Shown: one piece after another, positions 20,283 to 30,669 of the stretch | Numbering within the stretch: position 1 is the first letter of the stretch | How the letters are laid out: each line of letters opens with the position of its first letter | Source of the DNA: an uncultured Actinomycetota bacterium | GTDB lineage: Bacteria; Actinomycetota; Actinomycetes; Propionibacteriales; Propionibacteriaceae | Length of the DNA: 64,000 bases | Direction of reading: 5' to 3' | Assembly (NCBI GenBank): GCA_963744455.1 | Contig: CAVUTQ010000028.1 | Span: forward strand, 66,216 to 130,215 | The notes under the pieces: generated by a model | Seen by the model: only the letters and a program-made list of their open reading frames with translations | The model's database searches: none | What the model was told of the DNA's origin: nothing | Program-made: the position numbers and the translations under genes

Positions 20283-21601
20283 GCTCGTATTGGGCCGCGT
20301 ACGCCTGGCTGCCGGACGGTTGCCAGGCAAGCGTCAGCTTTGAGGTGGACGCGGGGCGTTTCGCACGCGTTCGGGTTGGTGTCGAACCGCGAGCCGGCCA
20401 GCAGATCCTGAGCGGCGTGACACTTCCGGGTCTCGCCAACGGCCACAGCCACGCCTTCCATCGCGTCCTCCGGGGCCGGACGCACGCTGGAAGCGGCAGC
20501 TTCTGGACCTGGCGTCAGCAGATGTACGCCCTCGCCGCCCGCCTCGATCCCGATTCCTACCTCGCACTCGCCCGAGCTGTGTTTGTCGAGATGGCGCAGG
20601 CCGGATACACAGTCGTCGGGGAGTTCCACTATCTACACCATGATCAACACGGCCGCTGGTACGCCGATCCGAATGCGATGGGCAAGGCGCTGATCCAGGC
20701 TGCCACCGAGGCTGGCGTCCGGCTCACATTGCTCGACACTTGCTACCTGGCCGGCGGGCTTGCGGCAACCGGCCATCTGCCACTGGATCCCGTCCAGACC
20801 CGTTTCGCTGACTCGGATGTTGATCACTGGCGGGCTCGCGTGAGCTTGCTGAGTGATCTTGATCGGGTACGCATTGGCGGCGCTGTGCACTCGGTTCGCG
20901 CGGTACCTGCCGAGGCTTTCAGCAAGATCGGCGAGGCGACGGGGGAGCGTCCTTTGCATGTCCACCTCAGTGAGCAACCGGCCGAGAACGCCGCTACCCG
21001 GGCATTTTACGGTCGCACCCCGACCGAGTTGCTTGATGATCACGGGCTGCTCGGCCGCCACACCACCGCGGTGCATGCCACGCACCTCACCGACACCGAC
21101 ATCAAGGTGCTGGGTGGCAGCCAGACGTCGGCATGCTTCTGTCCCACAACTGAGCGTGATCTTGCCGACGGCATCGGTCCGGCGCGGCGGCTGGCCAGCG
21201 CCGGCAGCCCGCTCACCCTCGGCTCTGACCAGCAGGCAGTGATCGACCCGTTCGAGGAAATGCGTGGACTTGAGCTACACGAGCGGCTGGCTACGGGCGA
21301 CCGTGGCTGCTTCACGCCGGGTGATCTGATCATGACCGGCAGTGCAGCCGGGTACCGCAGTCTGGGCTGGCCCGAGGGCGGTCGGATCGCTGATGGAGCA
21401 CTCGCGGACTTCGTCGTGATCCGCGCCGACTCGGTGCGCACCGCAGGCGCCCGTCCCGATCAGATCGGTTTCGCTGCCACCGCGACCGACGTCGATCAGG
21501 TGGTCATCGCCGGCGAGGTGATCGTTCGCGACGGACGGCATCGGCTCGGCTCAGCCGCGCGGTTGCTGGCGGCAGCTCTTGATCAACTGGGGGAGGCGTG
21601 A
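20279..21601 (+). CDS. hutF: Formimidoylglutamate deiminase
   Basis: [52 protein letters not shown]. Confidence 0.95.
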   Translation: MSSYWAAYAWLPDGCQASVSFEVDAGRFARVRVGVEPRAGQQILSGVTLPGLANGHSHAFHRVLRGRTHAGSGSFWTWRQQMYALAARLDPDSYLALARAVFVEMAQAGYTVVGEFHYLHHDQHGRWYADPNAMGKALIQAATEAGVRLTLLDTCYLAGGLAATGHLPLDPVQTRFADSDVDHWRARVSLLSDLDRVRIGGAVHSVRAVPAEAFSKIGEATGERPLHVHLSEQPAENAATRAFYGRTPTELLDDHGLLGRHTTAVHATHLTDTDIKVLGGSQTSACFCPTTERDLADGIGPARRLASAGSPLTLGSDQQAVIDPFEEMRGLELHERLATGDRGCFTPGDLIMTGSAAGYRSLGWPEGGRIADGALADFVVIRADSVRTAGARPDQIGFAATATDVDQVVIAGEVIVRDGRHRLGSAARLLAAALDQLGEA

Positions 21602-22776
21602 GCAGCACCGCGGTCACCGGAATCGGCGAGCTGGTCACCTGTGACGGCACCGGTACCGACCTGCTCGGCATCCGGTCCAACGCTGCCCTTGTGGTCGAGG
21701 ACGGCATGATCGCCTGGATCGGCTCAGCCGCCGATGCTCCAGCTGCCGACGCCCGGATCGACATTGGCGGGTGTGGCATCGTCCCCGGCTTCGTCGACTC
21801 GCACAGCCACCTGATCTTCGCTGGCGACCGAGCAACGGAGTTTGCGGCTCGGATGACGGGCCAGCCGTACGACGGCGGGGGGATCGGCGTCACAGTCGCG
21901 GCTACCCGCGCTGCGACTGACGAGGAACTGACCGGGCTGCTCGCGGCGCGTGTCGCCGAGATGCGAACTCTCGGCACCACCACCGTTGAGATCAAGAGCG
22001 GCTATGGGTTGACAGTTGCCGACGAGGTCCGGGCGCTTCGAATCGCTCGACAGTTCTCCAGCGAAACCACCTTTCTCGGCGGCCACGTCGTACCGGACGA
22101 GTACGCGAACGACCGGGCCGGGTACGTAGATCTGGTGACCGGGCCCATGCTGCGGGCCGCGGCGCCGTACGCGCGCTGGATCGACGTCTTCTGCGAGCCC
22201 CACTCCCCGCACGCCTTCGACGCCGACGAGGCCCGCGCAATCCTTACTGCCGGGGCAGATCTGGGTCTCGGCCTGCGGGTGCATGGCAACCAGCTCGGCC
22301 CGGGGCCCGGCGTACAGCTGGCCGTGGAGCTCGGGGCTGCAAGTGTCGATCACTGCACCCACCTCGACGACGCAGATGTTGACGCCTTGGCGGCGGCAGC
22401 AGGGCGCACGGTAGCGACCCTGCTTCCTGGAGTTGAGTTCTGCACCCGCTCGCCCTATCCAGATGCCGCCAGGCTGCTGGCAGCGGGCGTCTCGGTTGCG
22501 CTGGCGACCGATTGCAATCCAGGAACTTGTTACTCGAGCTCAATGCCCTGGGTGATCTCACTCGCGGTACGCGAGCTGGGCATGACACCGGCACAGGCGC
22601 TGTTCGCTGCCACGGCCGGCTCAGCGAGCGCGCTGCGGCGTACCGACATCGGGTGCCTGGTGCTCGGCAGCCGCGCAGACCTTACTGTGCTCGACGCGCC
22701 CTCGTACCTGCACTTGGCCTATCGCCCTGGAGTGCCGATTGCCCGGGCCCTCGATCTCGCGGCAAACATCAACTGA
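21598..22776 (+). CDS. hutI: Imidazolonepropionase
   Basis: [41 protein letters not shown]. Confidence 0.96.
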   Translation: MSSTAVTGIGELVTCDGTGTDLLGIRSNAALVVEDGMIAWIGSAADAPAADARIDIGGCGIVPGFVDSHSHLIFAGDRATEFAARMTGQPYDGGGIGVTVAATRAATDEELTGLLAARVAEMRTLGTTTVEIKSGYGLTVADEVRALRIARQFSSETTFLGGHVVPDEYANDRAGYVDLVTGPMLRAAAPYARWIDVFCEPHSPHAFDADEARAILTAGADLGLGLRVHGNQLGPGPGVQLAVELGAASVDHCTHLDDADVDALAAAAGRTVATLLPGVEFCTRSPYPDAARLLAAGVSVALATDCNPGTCYSSSMPWVISLAVRELGMTPAQALFAATAGSASALRRTDIGCLVLGSRADLTVLDAPSYLHLAYRPGVPIARALDLAANIN

Positions 22777-23722
22777 CGCGCTCCATGGACTTGAGCCGGC
22801 GTCTCTCGGGTTGCTCGACGAGGTACATCGCGGACACGATTGCCAAGCCGCCGATGACCATGCGTACCGTGACGCTCTCGCCGCCGAAGGCCACGGCAAA
22901 GGCAGCCGCCCAGATCGGTTCCATGGCCATGATCACCGCCGCTCGCGGCGGCTCGATATGCGCCTGAGCCCAGGTTTGCAGCACCATGGTGAGCGCGCTT
23001 GCGACGATCGCGAGGTAGAGCACGACGAGCCAGTCGTGGCCGTTAGCTGGCAGCTGAATGCCGGAACCTGATCCTGGAGTCAGCCACAGAGCCGCCACCA
23101 CGCACATCAGCGCGATCACGACCAGCTGCACCAAGCTGAGGCTCATCGCGGCCTGCGGCGTGCTGAACTTCCCCAAGGCCACAATGTGGCGGGCGTAAAG
23201 CAGTGCAGCGATAACGGTCAGCAACTCACCGTAGCCCAGCGTGAACCCGCGCAGGGCCAGCACGCCGAGCCCGAACATGGCAAGGAAGACCGCGAACCAG
23301 GTGATGTTGGCGATCTTGCGGCGCAGGATCACAGCCGTCAGTAGTGGGGTGGCAACGACGTACAGCCCAGTGACGAAGCCCGACACACTGGCAGCAGTGT
23401 GGGCCAGTCCGGCGGTCTGCAGGATCTGCGCCGAGCCGTACAACAATCCGAGCAGCGCGCCCTGGGTGAGCACCGGACGGGAGATCTGAACTCGGGGGCC
23501 GACGATGAGGCCCAGTGCCACGGCGGCGATAGCGAACCGAACGGCGAGCAGGTCGGTCACCGGAATCCGGGTCACCAGATCCTTGATGAGAAGGAACGTT
23601 GACCCCCAGGCAGCGGCCATCGCCAGCAGTGCCAGGAAGGCCACCCGCGTGTGGGACCTGGCAACCAGCACCGACCCAGCGTAAGCCACGCTCGCGGGAC
23701 GCTGGTGTGGAGTTCTCGGCAC
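22769..23722 (-). CDS. EamA/DMT-family transporter (start uncertain)
   Basis: WGSTF, RFAIA, about 10 TM segments, [12 protein letters not shown]. Confidence 0.88.
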   Translation of the reverse strand: MPRTPHQRPASVAYAGSVLVARSHTRVAFLALLAMAAAWGSTFLLIKDLVTRIPVTDLLAVRFAIAAVALGLIVGPRVQISRPVLTQGALLGLLYGSAQILQTAGLAHTAASVSGFVTGLYVVATPLLTAVILRRKIANITWFAVFLAMFGLGVLALRGFTLGYGELLTVIAALLYARHIVALGKFSTPQAAMSLSLVQLVVIALMCVVAALWLTPGSGSGIQLPANGHDWLVVLYLAIVASALTMVLQTWAQAHIEPPRAAVIMAMEPIWAAAFAVAFGGESVTVRMVIGGLAIVSAMYLVEQPERRRLKSMERVS

Positions 23723-23756
23723 CTGAGTGCTGGGAAGTGCACGCTCAGTCGCCTAG

Positions 23757-23836
23757 TCCCTCAAAATCTGACGCCAGTTCCTCCGACACGCCGTCCAGGC
23801 CAGCCGCACACGGAACGAGTGTCAGTTTTTGAGGGA
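23757..23836. repeat. 25-bp imperfect inverted repeat (terminator or MITE remnant)
   Basis: Left arm tccctcaaaatctgacgccagttcc versus reverse complement of right arm tccctcaaaaactgacactcgttcc (21/25 identical). Confidence 0.65.
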
Positions 23837-23927
23837 ATTAACTCAGCCGTACGCCCGCAGCCCTCGTGTTCTGAGATGTCACTTGCCAGCACTTTCGCTG
23901 GGCCTCAGATGAGGGTCCGCTTGGAGC

Positions 23928-26075
23928 TCAGACCACGTACAGAATGACCGTCGAGCCCTTGGCTGCCATGGCGCGGCCCCCCGGGTTGGTGTAGATCACG
24001 TAGCTGACTCCAGCTCGATTGATGCCCACCGGCTGCACTGTGGTCTTGAAGCCGGCCTCCCGCATCACCCTCCGAGCCGCAGGAACTGCCATCCGCTGAA
24101 CATTGGGCACCGTGACGAGCAGTGGTCCCAGCGATCTAGTGAGCGTGATCGTTGCGCCCGGCTCCGCATGACCGGAACGCGGATCCTGACGCAGCACGAG
24201 ATCCTTGGCGACTTTGTTGGAATGGGCGCTTCGCTCGACGACCTGAAAGCCTGCTCCCTTGAGCGCTGCTGACGCCGCATCGTACGGGGTGCCCTGGTAG
24301 TCGGTGATCGAGACTGGCTTCGGCCCGGCGCAGACCACGAGGTTGATTGCGGTGCCCTTCTTGAGGCGGGCGCCCGGCCGCTCCGAGGCCCGGAGCACTG
24401 TGCCGGCGGCAACTTGGTCGCTGTAACCATCAGAGATCTTGCCCACGGCCAGCTTGGCTTTCTCTAGCGCGGCCTCAGCCGCAGATTGAGATAGGCCGAC
24501 GACGACGGGCATCGGGTGCCGCTCGGGGCCCTTGGACACCGCGGCCTCGATTTTGCTGCCCCTCAAGATCTTGGTCCCAGGTCCGGGAATGGTGGAGATC
24601 ACCATGCCCCGCGCCACCGTCTCGCTGTACGCCTCGGAAAAGTCGACCGAGAGACCCACTTTCGCCACCACCCGCTCAGCCTCAGCCCGGCTGAGCGAAT
24701 CAAGCACTGGCGCAGTCGTGAACCGGCCTTCCATCAGGTACCAGCCGGCCAGGGCGGCGGAAGCCGAGATCAGCACGACGAGCAAGAGAGCCAGCCAACC
24801 CTTGCGACGTTTTCGGGCTCGGCGCTCGCGCTCGCTCGCGGCCAGACGCTCCGCTGTCTGCGCGTACACGGGTCTTGCAATGGCTGGTGGTGGAGCGTCG
24901 ATCACAGTACGAGGTGTCCCCGACGGGCGAGGCTGGGCCTGGGCAGCGGGCGCCGGGGTCGGCACCATCTGGGTCACTTCATAGTCGGCGCGGTCGCGCC
25001 GCTTCGGCCCCTCGGCTGCCTGCCTCGGTGCGCTGCGCAGCTCACGGGTGAGCTCGGGGTCATCGGCCAGACCTTGCTGGAGCGCGATACGGGCGCGGCG
25101 TACCTGAGCGAGGAAGATCTTTGCGTCAGGCTGCCGAAGATTCGCATCTCGAGCTGTCGCCCGAATGACCAGAGCGTCCACGTAGGGCGGAATCCGGCCT
25201 GCGGTCGGGCCGACCGATGGCGGGGGCACGTCGCGGTGTACGTGCGCGTACGCGATCTGGATCGGGGTGTCTCCGGTGTGCGGCTTACGCCCGGTCAGCA
25301 GTTCGAAGAGCACCACGCCGGCGCTGTACACGTCCGATCGTGCGTCCGCCTGCCCGGCCATGACCAGCTCCGGCGGAAGGTAAGAAACGGTTCCGATCAG
25401 CAGCCCTTGGGTGGCGGTGGAGGTCTGCGAGGAGACAGCCTTGGCGAGCCCGAAGTCGGCCACCTTGATCCGGCCGCGGTCGCTGATCAATACGTTCTCC
25501 GGCTTCACGTCGCGGTGGACCAGTCCGGCGTCGTGGGCAGCGGCGAGGGCGGCGAGCACCGGCTCCATGAGCTCCAGTGCCCTGGCCGGTGGCAGCGGCG
25601 CCTCCCGATTGAGCACGTCGCGCAATGTCTGCCCCTCCACGTACTCCATCACGATGTATGGACGACTGTTTGGGCCCCCGGCGTCTTGACCCTGGTCGAA
25701 AACCGACACCACATTCGGGTGGGACAGCTTGGCAGCAGCTCGCGCTTCACGATCGAACTTGCGCGCGAACTCGGCTTCATCACCGAGTCCGACGTGCATC
25801 ACCTTGACCGCGACCGTACGAGTCAGGCGCGTGTCCACGGCCCGATAGACGGTCGCCATCCCGCCCCTGGCGAGTCGCTGGGTGATCTGATAACGACCGT
25901 CCAGCACGCGACCCACTATGGGGTCGCCGACGGTCGTCATCGTCACGTTTGCTCCGAACACGGTGGGGAAGGTGGCCGTGTTGGCCTCGGGGGCGAGTCT
26001 AGAAGTGACCTCGTCCTGCCACGGCCGAGGCGCGCCGCGACCAGTCGATTCGTCCGGCATCAGCGGTGAGTCCAT
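23928..26075 (-). CDS. Stk1/PknB-family Ser/Thr kinase with TM and PASTA repeats (PknL-like position)
   Basis: LARGGMATVY, VAVKVM, HRDVKPEN, DFGLA, TM segment, PASTA-like repeats. Confidence 0.95.
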   Translation of the reverse strand: MDSPLMPDESTGRGAPRPWQDEVTSRLAPEANTATFPTVFGANVTMTTVGDPIVGRVLDGRYQITQRLARGGMATVYRAVDTRLTRTVAVKVMHVGLGDEAEFARKFDREARAAAKLSHPNVVSVFDQGQDAGGPNSRPYIVMEYVEGQTLRDVLNREAPLPPARALELMEPVLAALAAAHDAGLVHRDVKPENVLISDRGRIKVADFGLAKAVSSQTSTATQGLLIGTVSYLPPELVMAGQADARSDVYSAGVVLFELLTGRKPHTGDTPIQIAYAHVHRDVPPPSVGPTAGRIPPYVDALVIRATARDANLRQPDAKIFLAQVRRARIALQQGLADDPELTRELRSAPRQAAEGPKRRDRADYEVTQMVPTPAPAAQAQPRPSGTPRTVIDAPPPAIARPVYAQTAERLAASERERRARKRRKGWLALLLVVLISASAALAGWYLMEGRFTTAPVLDSLSRAEAERVVAKVGLSVDFSEAYSETVARGMVISTIPGPGTKILRGSKIEAAVSKGPERHPMPVVVGLSQSAAEAALEKAKLAVGKISDGYSDQVAAGTVLRASERPGARLKKGTAINLVVCAGPKPVSITDYQGTPYDAASAALKGAGFQVVERSAHSNKVAKDLVLRQDPRSGHAEPGATITLTRSLGPLLVTVPNVQRMAVPAARRVMREAGFKTTVQPVGINRAGVSYVIYTNPGGRAMAAKGSTVILYVV

Positions 26076-26092
26076 TCGTCGGGCATCAGCAG

Positions 26093-26302
<210 letters not shown>

Positions 26303-26380
26303 TCATCGCAGTCGACCCTCGCGATGGCCATGTCTACTGTGTGTGGATACGGCACTTTCGTTTGGAGGTAGCAAGCAGCC

Positions 26381-27403
26381 ATGGAACTCGGACTCACCAC
26401 ATTTGCCGAGATCACTGATCCGAACTCCTCGCCGGGCGAGCGACTGCGGCAGGTGGTTGCCGAGGCCAGGCTCGCCGACGAGCTGGGCCTTGAGGTCTTC
26501 GGCATCGGTGAGCACCACCGGCCGGACATGGCAGCCTCGGCTCCGGAGATCGTGCTAGCCACCATCGCTGGATGCACGGAAACGATCAAGCTGTCCAGTG
26601 CCGTGATCGTGCTCAGCTCAGCTGATCCGGTGCGGGTGTTCCAGAACTTCGTCACGCTCGACCTGGTGTCGGTGGGGCGCGCGGAGTTGATGGTCGGCCG
26701 GGGTTCGTTCACCGAGTCGTTCCCCTTGTTTGGTTACTCCCTCGGCGACTATGACGAGCTCTTCGCTGAAAAGCTCGAGCTGCTGCTGAAGTTACGCGAA
26801 GATCAGCCGGTGACCTGGCGCGGCAAGTTCCGCGCGCCGCTGGACAACGTCCAGGTCCATCCCCGCCAGGAAGGCCGCCCGCTTCCGATCTGGGTCGCCG
26901 TAGGCGGCACGCCGAACTCAGTCGTCCGGGCCGGCACCCTCGGCCTGCCAATGGCGCTTGCGATCATCGGGGGCCGTCCGGCCGCCTTCACCCCGCTCGT
27001 CGAGCTCTACCGCAAGGCTCTCGATTACGGGAATCATGACCCCAATACGCCACTTGCGGTTCACAGCCACGGCTATGTTTTCACCGACGAGCGTGCCGCA
27101 CGAGCGGAGTTCTTACCGGCGTACCGCCAGACGTTCGCCAAGATCGGCCGTGAACGTGGCTGGTCCCCGATGTCAGATGCGGCTGTCGAGGATCTGATTG
27201 GGCCCGAAGGTGCGCTGTTCTTCGGTCAACCGGAAACCGTGGCTGAGAAGATCATCCGGCTGCACGAGCTGATGCATATTGATCGGTTCGAGCTGCATGT
27301 CTCCCACGTTGATCATGCAAGGTCGATGCGCTCGATCGAGCTCTTTGGGACCGAGGTCGCTCCGCTGGTCCGGCAGGAGTTGGGCGCTCGATCGCCGGTC
27401 TGA
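26381..27403 (+). CDS. LLM-class (luciferase-like) flavin-dependent oxidoreductase
   Basis: FGIGEHHRPD, SSADPVRVFQNF, GRGSFTESFPLFG, VGGTPNS. Confidence 0.93.
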   Translation: MELGLTTFAEITDPNSSPGERLRQVVAEARLADELGLEVFGIGEHHRPDMAASAPEIVLATIAGCTETIKLSSAVIVLSSADPVRVFQNFVTLDLVSVGRAELMVGRGSFTESFPLFGYSLGDYDELFAEKLELLLKLREDQPVTWRGKFRAPLDNVQVHPRQEGRPLPIWVAVGGTPNSVVRAGTLGLPMALAIIGGRPAAFTPLVELYRKALDYGNHDPNTPLAVHSHGYVFTDERAARAEFLPAYRQTFAKIGRERGWSPMSDAAVEDLIGPEGALFFGQPETVAEKIIRLHELMHIDRFELHVSHVDHARSMRSIELFGTEVAPLVRQELGARSPV

Positions 27404-27461
27404 GACGCCCGCCAGTTTGAGACGATCGCCAGCCTGAAATAGCGCGTGCAAAGATGCCCTC

Positions 27462-27707
27462 GTGGTTTCCCTTCAGATTTGCGGCGTCTCGGAACCTACC
27501 CGCCGCGCGCTGTCGGCCGAGGCGAAGTTTCGTGGCGAATCCTTGCAGGAATATCTCCTCGATCTGCTCGATCGCGAGGCGCGTGATATCGACAACCGTC
27601 GACTCCTTGCCCACTGGGCGGCTGGTCCAGTGGCGGATGAACCGCAGCCCATCAGGATCGTGGAACTGATCCGTTCGAACCGAGAGGACGCCAAGGCTCA
27701 TTACTGA
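27462..27707 (+). CDS. FitA-like ribbon-helix-helix antitoxin (orphan)
   Basis: VSLQICGVSEPTRRALSAEAKFRGESLQEYLLDLLDREA fits the FitA/Arc RHH pattern. Confidence 0.7.
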   Translation: MVSLQICGVSEPTRRALSAEAKFRGESLQEYLLDLLDREARDIDNRRLLAHWAAGPVADEPQPIRIVELIRSNREDAKAHY

Positions 27708-27761
27708 GCAGAGGCTTAGCTCGCCCCAAGGTGTCTGAATGAGGGCCACTATCGTGGCTTT

Positions 27762-28496
27762 GTGACTGCGTTGATGGGTCTGGAGGCCCGCCTCCGCCTT
27801 GCTCGGCTGTACCTGTGCACGGACGCACGAGAGAAGCAAGGCGATCTCGGGAGCTTCCTGCAGGCGGCTTTTGCCGGAGGTGTCGACATCGTGCAGATCC
27901 GTCAGAAAGACATGAAACCGGAGGCCGAGCTCGCGGCTCTGGAAATAGCCCGTCAGGCGGCCGGACCATACCAGGGCATCGTCTGTGTGAACGATTCCCC
28001 TGAGCTGGCCGGACGATTCCAGGCAGACATGTTGCATCTCGGCCAGGCCGACGGCTCGGCTGCGCAGGCCCGCAAGTACCTGCACCGCTGGGCGCTCATC
28101 GGCCGTTCCACCCATGCGCCGCGCCAGACCGACAAGGCGATCAAGGACCCCAACGTGGACTATTTCTGCGTTGGACCCGTCTACGCCACTTCCACCAAGC
28201 CCGATTACGAGCCAGTGGGCCTTGACCTGGTCCGCTACGCCGCTCGGAAAGCGCGGGTCGCAAGGATCAAGTCGAGGCCGTGGTTCGCCATTGGCGGGAT
28301 CTCGATGGACAATATCGACGATGTGATCGAGGCTGGGGCGCGGCGAGTTTGCGTCGTGCGGGCCATCACCCAGGCCTCCGATCCGCAGGAAGCCGCCCAC
28401 CGGCTGAGTGGCAGGCTGCGCGCCGCCTGGAAGGCTGATCCGTCGATGGAGCGGTATACGTTCCAGGCATTGTCCGAACCCGTGTCAAGATCATGA
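27762..28496 (+). CDS. thiE: Thiamine-phosphate synthase
   Basis: LYLCTD, GGVDIVQIRQK, VND, LHLGQAD, IGRSTH, YFCVGPVYATSTKP, FAIGGI. Confidence 0.95.
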   Translation: MTALMGLEARLRLARLYLCTDAREKQGDLGSFLQAAFAGGVDIVQIRQKDMKPEAELAALEIARQAAGPYQGIVCVNDSPELAGRFQADMLHLGQADGSAAQARKYLHRWALIGRSTHAPRQTDKAIKDPNVDYFCVGPVYATSTKPDYEPVGLDLVRYAARKARVARIKSRPWFAIGGISMDNIDDVIEAGARRVCVVRAITQASDPQEAAHRLSGRLRAAWKADPSMERYTFQALSEPVSRS

Positions 28497-28536
28497 ATCG
28501 CTAGTGACACGAGCTAGACGCTCCGGCGGTGAACCA

Positions 28537-29700
28537 CTAGAACTCGCGACGCACGGCGGCGTCGGCCAAGGCCGTCAGACCGGCTCGACCCTCCTCGGTG
28601 ATCTCGGTATCGTGCAACGTCTTGAGCGCCCGCTCGTAATACTCGCTGATCATCGACTCCACGGCGTCCCGGGCGCCTGACTCGACGATCACCTCCTGCA
28701 ACTCACTGATTCCGGTATCGTCCAGCGCGGCGTCGCCGAGTCGTTGCAGCAGGAGTTTCTGGCCGGCCTCGCCGGCGTGCGCGTACGCGTGCGCCACCAG
28801 CACCGTACGCTTACCCTCGCGAAGATCATCTCCGGCCGGTTTGCCCGTGACCTTCGGGTCCCCGAAGACACCCAGCAGGTCGTCGCGGAACTGGAACGCC
28901 CGTCCCAGCGGTGAGCCGTACGCGCCGAGGGCAAAGTACAGTTCGTCGTCACCCCCGCCAAGCGCAGCGCCCATCTGGCATGGGCGCTGCACCGTGTAGC
29001 GCGCGGCCTTGTACTCCACAACTCGGCTGGCGTCGTCCAGTGCCAACTCGATGGTGGGACGCAGCGAGCCGATCGCCGGAGCCCGCTTCCGCAGCGGGTG
29101 CGCCTGCGCCACGATGTCGAGGTACTGGCCGCAGGTGACTTCGGTACGCATCGCCTCGACGATCGGCAGCGCTCGCTCCAGGCTGGACTGGTCCAGTCCG
29201 GCGCCATGCAGCATCTGCGCCGACCACATGACCAGCAAGTCGCCGAGCAGGATCGCACCTGCCTTGCCGAAGGCAGCCGAGTCGCCAAGCCAGCCTGCGT
29301 TTGCGTGCAGCGCCTCGAACTGCCGATGGGCGGCGGGTCGCCCGCGTCGTAGGTCGGAGGAGTCCATCAGATCGTCGTGGACGAGTGCACTCACGTGGAG
29401 GACGTCGAGGCTTCCCGCTGCAGCGAGCAGTGGCTTGAGGTCCTCGTCCGACGGGATTCCGGCAGCAGAGACATAGCCCCAGACGCAGAAGGCGGGCCGC
29501 ATCCGCTTGCCTCCGCACAACATCTGGCTGGCCATGAGATGGACCGGAACGAGCTCGGGTCCCATGGAATCGAGAACTGATGATTGCTCGCTCACAAAGG
29601 CGCTGATCTCGGCCGACACCGCTTCTCGGAACGCCTGTGACAGTGGCGCCTGCGGGTCCAGAACAGCATCGGAGCCCTTGACAAGCGGGTTGTTGACCAC
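28537..29700 (-). CDS. Polyprenyl (GGPP-type) diphosphate synthase
   Basis: GGKRMRP, LVHDDLMDSSDLRRG, GQYLD, AFQFRDDLLG, DDLREGK. Confidence 0.94.
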   Translation of the reverse strand: MVNNPLVKGSDAVLDPQAPLSQAFREAVSAEISAFVSEQSSVLDSMGPELVPVHLMASQMLCGGKRMRPAFCVWGYVSAAGIPSDEDLKPLLAAAGSLDVLHVSALVHDDLMDSSDLRRGRPAAHRQFEALHANAGWLGDSAAFGKAGAILLGDLLVMWSAQMLHGAGLDQSSLERALPIVEAMRTEVTCGQYLDIVAQAHPLRKRAPAIGSLRPTIELALDDASRVVEYKAARYTVQRPCQMGAALGGGDDELYFALGAYGSPLGRAFQFRDDLLGVFGDPKVTGKPAGDDLREGKRTVLVAHAYAHAGEAGQKLLLQRLGDAALDDTGISELQEVIVESGARDAVESMISEYYERALKTLHDTEITEEGRAGLTALADAAVRREF

Positions 29701-29749
29701 ATGCTGAGCCTACGGAGGACACAAGAGGTCCCGTCCTTAGGGTGTTCGC

Positions 29750-30669
29750 ATGCCGGGCCGCAATCGTCTTTGGCGTCCGCGTACGCCCAGCATCGCTGAC
29801 CTGCTGGCAGCCGGCGACCGACCATTGTTCTCCTTTGAGTTCTTTCCACCCAAGGACGAGATCCAGCAGCGCCAGCTGTGGCAGACAGTGCGCGAATTGG
29901 AGTCGCTCGGCCCCGATTTCGTATCGGTGACCTACGGTGCCAGTGGGTCAACCAGGGACCGCACGATCAAGGCCACCGAGGCGATTGCCCAGCACACCAC
30001 GCTCCGCGCCATGGCGCATCTGACCTGCGCGAGCCAAAGTCGGGATCAGCTGCGACGGGTATCGGTTGGTACGCGGCGGCCGGCATTCACCATGTGCTCG
30101 CGATCCGCGGCGACATGCCGGGCGGCCCCCGCGTCCCCTGGGAGGCTCATCCCGAAGGGCTGAAGAATGCGACCGAGCTGGTGGCGATGGTACGCGAGCT
30201 CGGCGATTTCTGCGTCGGCGTCGCTGCGTTTCCTGATGCGCATCCGGAGCGGAATGACTTTGATCTTGACGCCCGGGTGTTGGTCGCGAAGGCGCAGGCC
30301 GGGGCCAGCTTCGCGATCACCCAGCTCTTCTTCACCGCCGATGACTACTTCGCCCTGGTCGCCAGGATCCGGGCACTCGGCTGCGACATTCCGATCATTC
30401 CGGGGATCATGCCGATCACCAATGTGCGCCAGGTGACCCGGTTCGCGGAACTGTCCGGGGCCGCGTTGCCCCCGTCGGTGACTGATCGGATCAACGAGGT
30501 GGCCGACGATGATGATCAAGTTCGGCGGGTAGGGATCAGAATCGGGACCGAGTTGTCCGAGGAGCTGTTGAGCCGCGGCGCACCCGGACTGCATTTCTTC
30601 ACCCAGAACAGGTCCCGCGCTACCCGAGAGATTTACGCCAACTTGCATCAGGTGCGGCGTCGAGCGTGA
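29750..30669 (+). CDS. metF: 5,10-methylenetetrahydrofolate reductase with one apparent frameshift (~30060)
   Basis: FSFEFFPPK, FVSVTYGASGSTR, AHLTC in one frame; LAIRGDMP, AITQLFF, PGIMP, GLHFFTQN in the next. Confidence 0.9.

Noticed and set aside
17376-26069. Long antisense ORFs (e.g. 17376..18887, 18921..20330, 24516..26069)
   Set aside because: Shadow ORFs opposite well-supported genes, as expected in high-GC DNA; no recognisable motifs.
27708-27761. TPP riboswitch near thiE
   Set aside because: No CTGAGA or ACCTGA core on either strand, and the spacer is too short.
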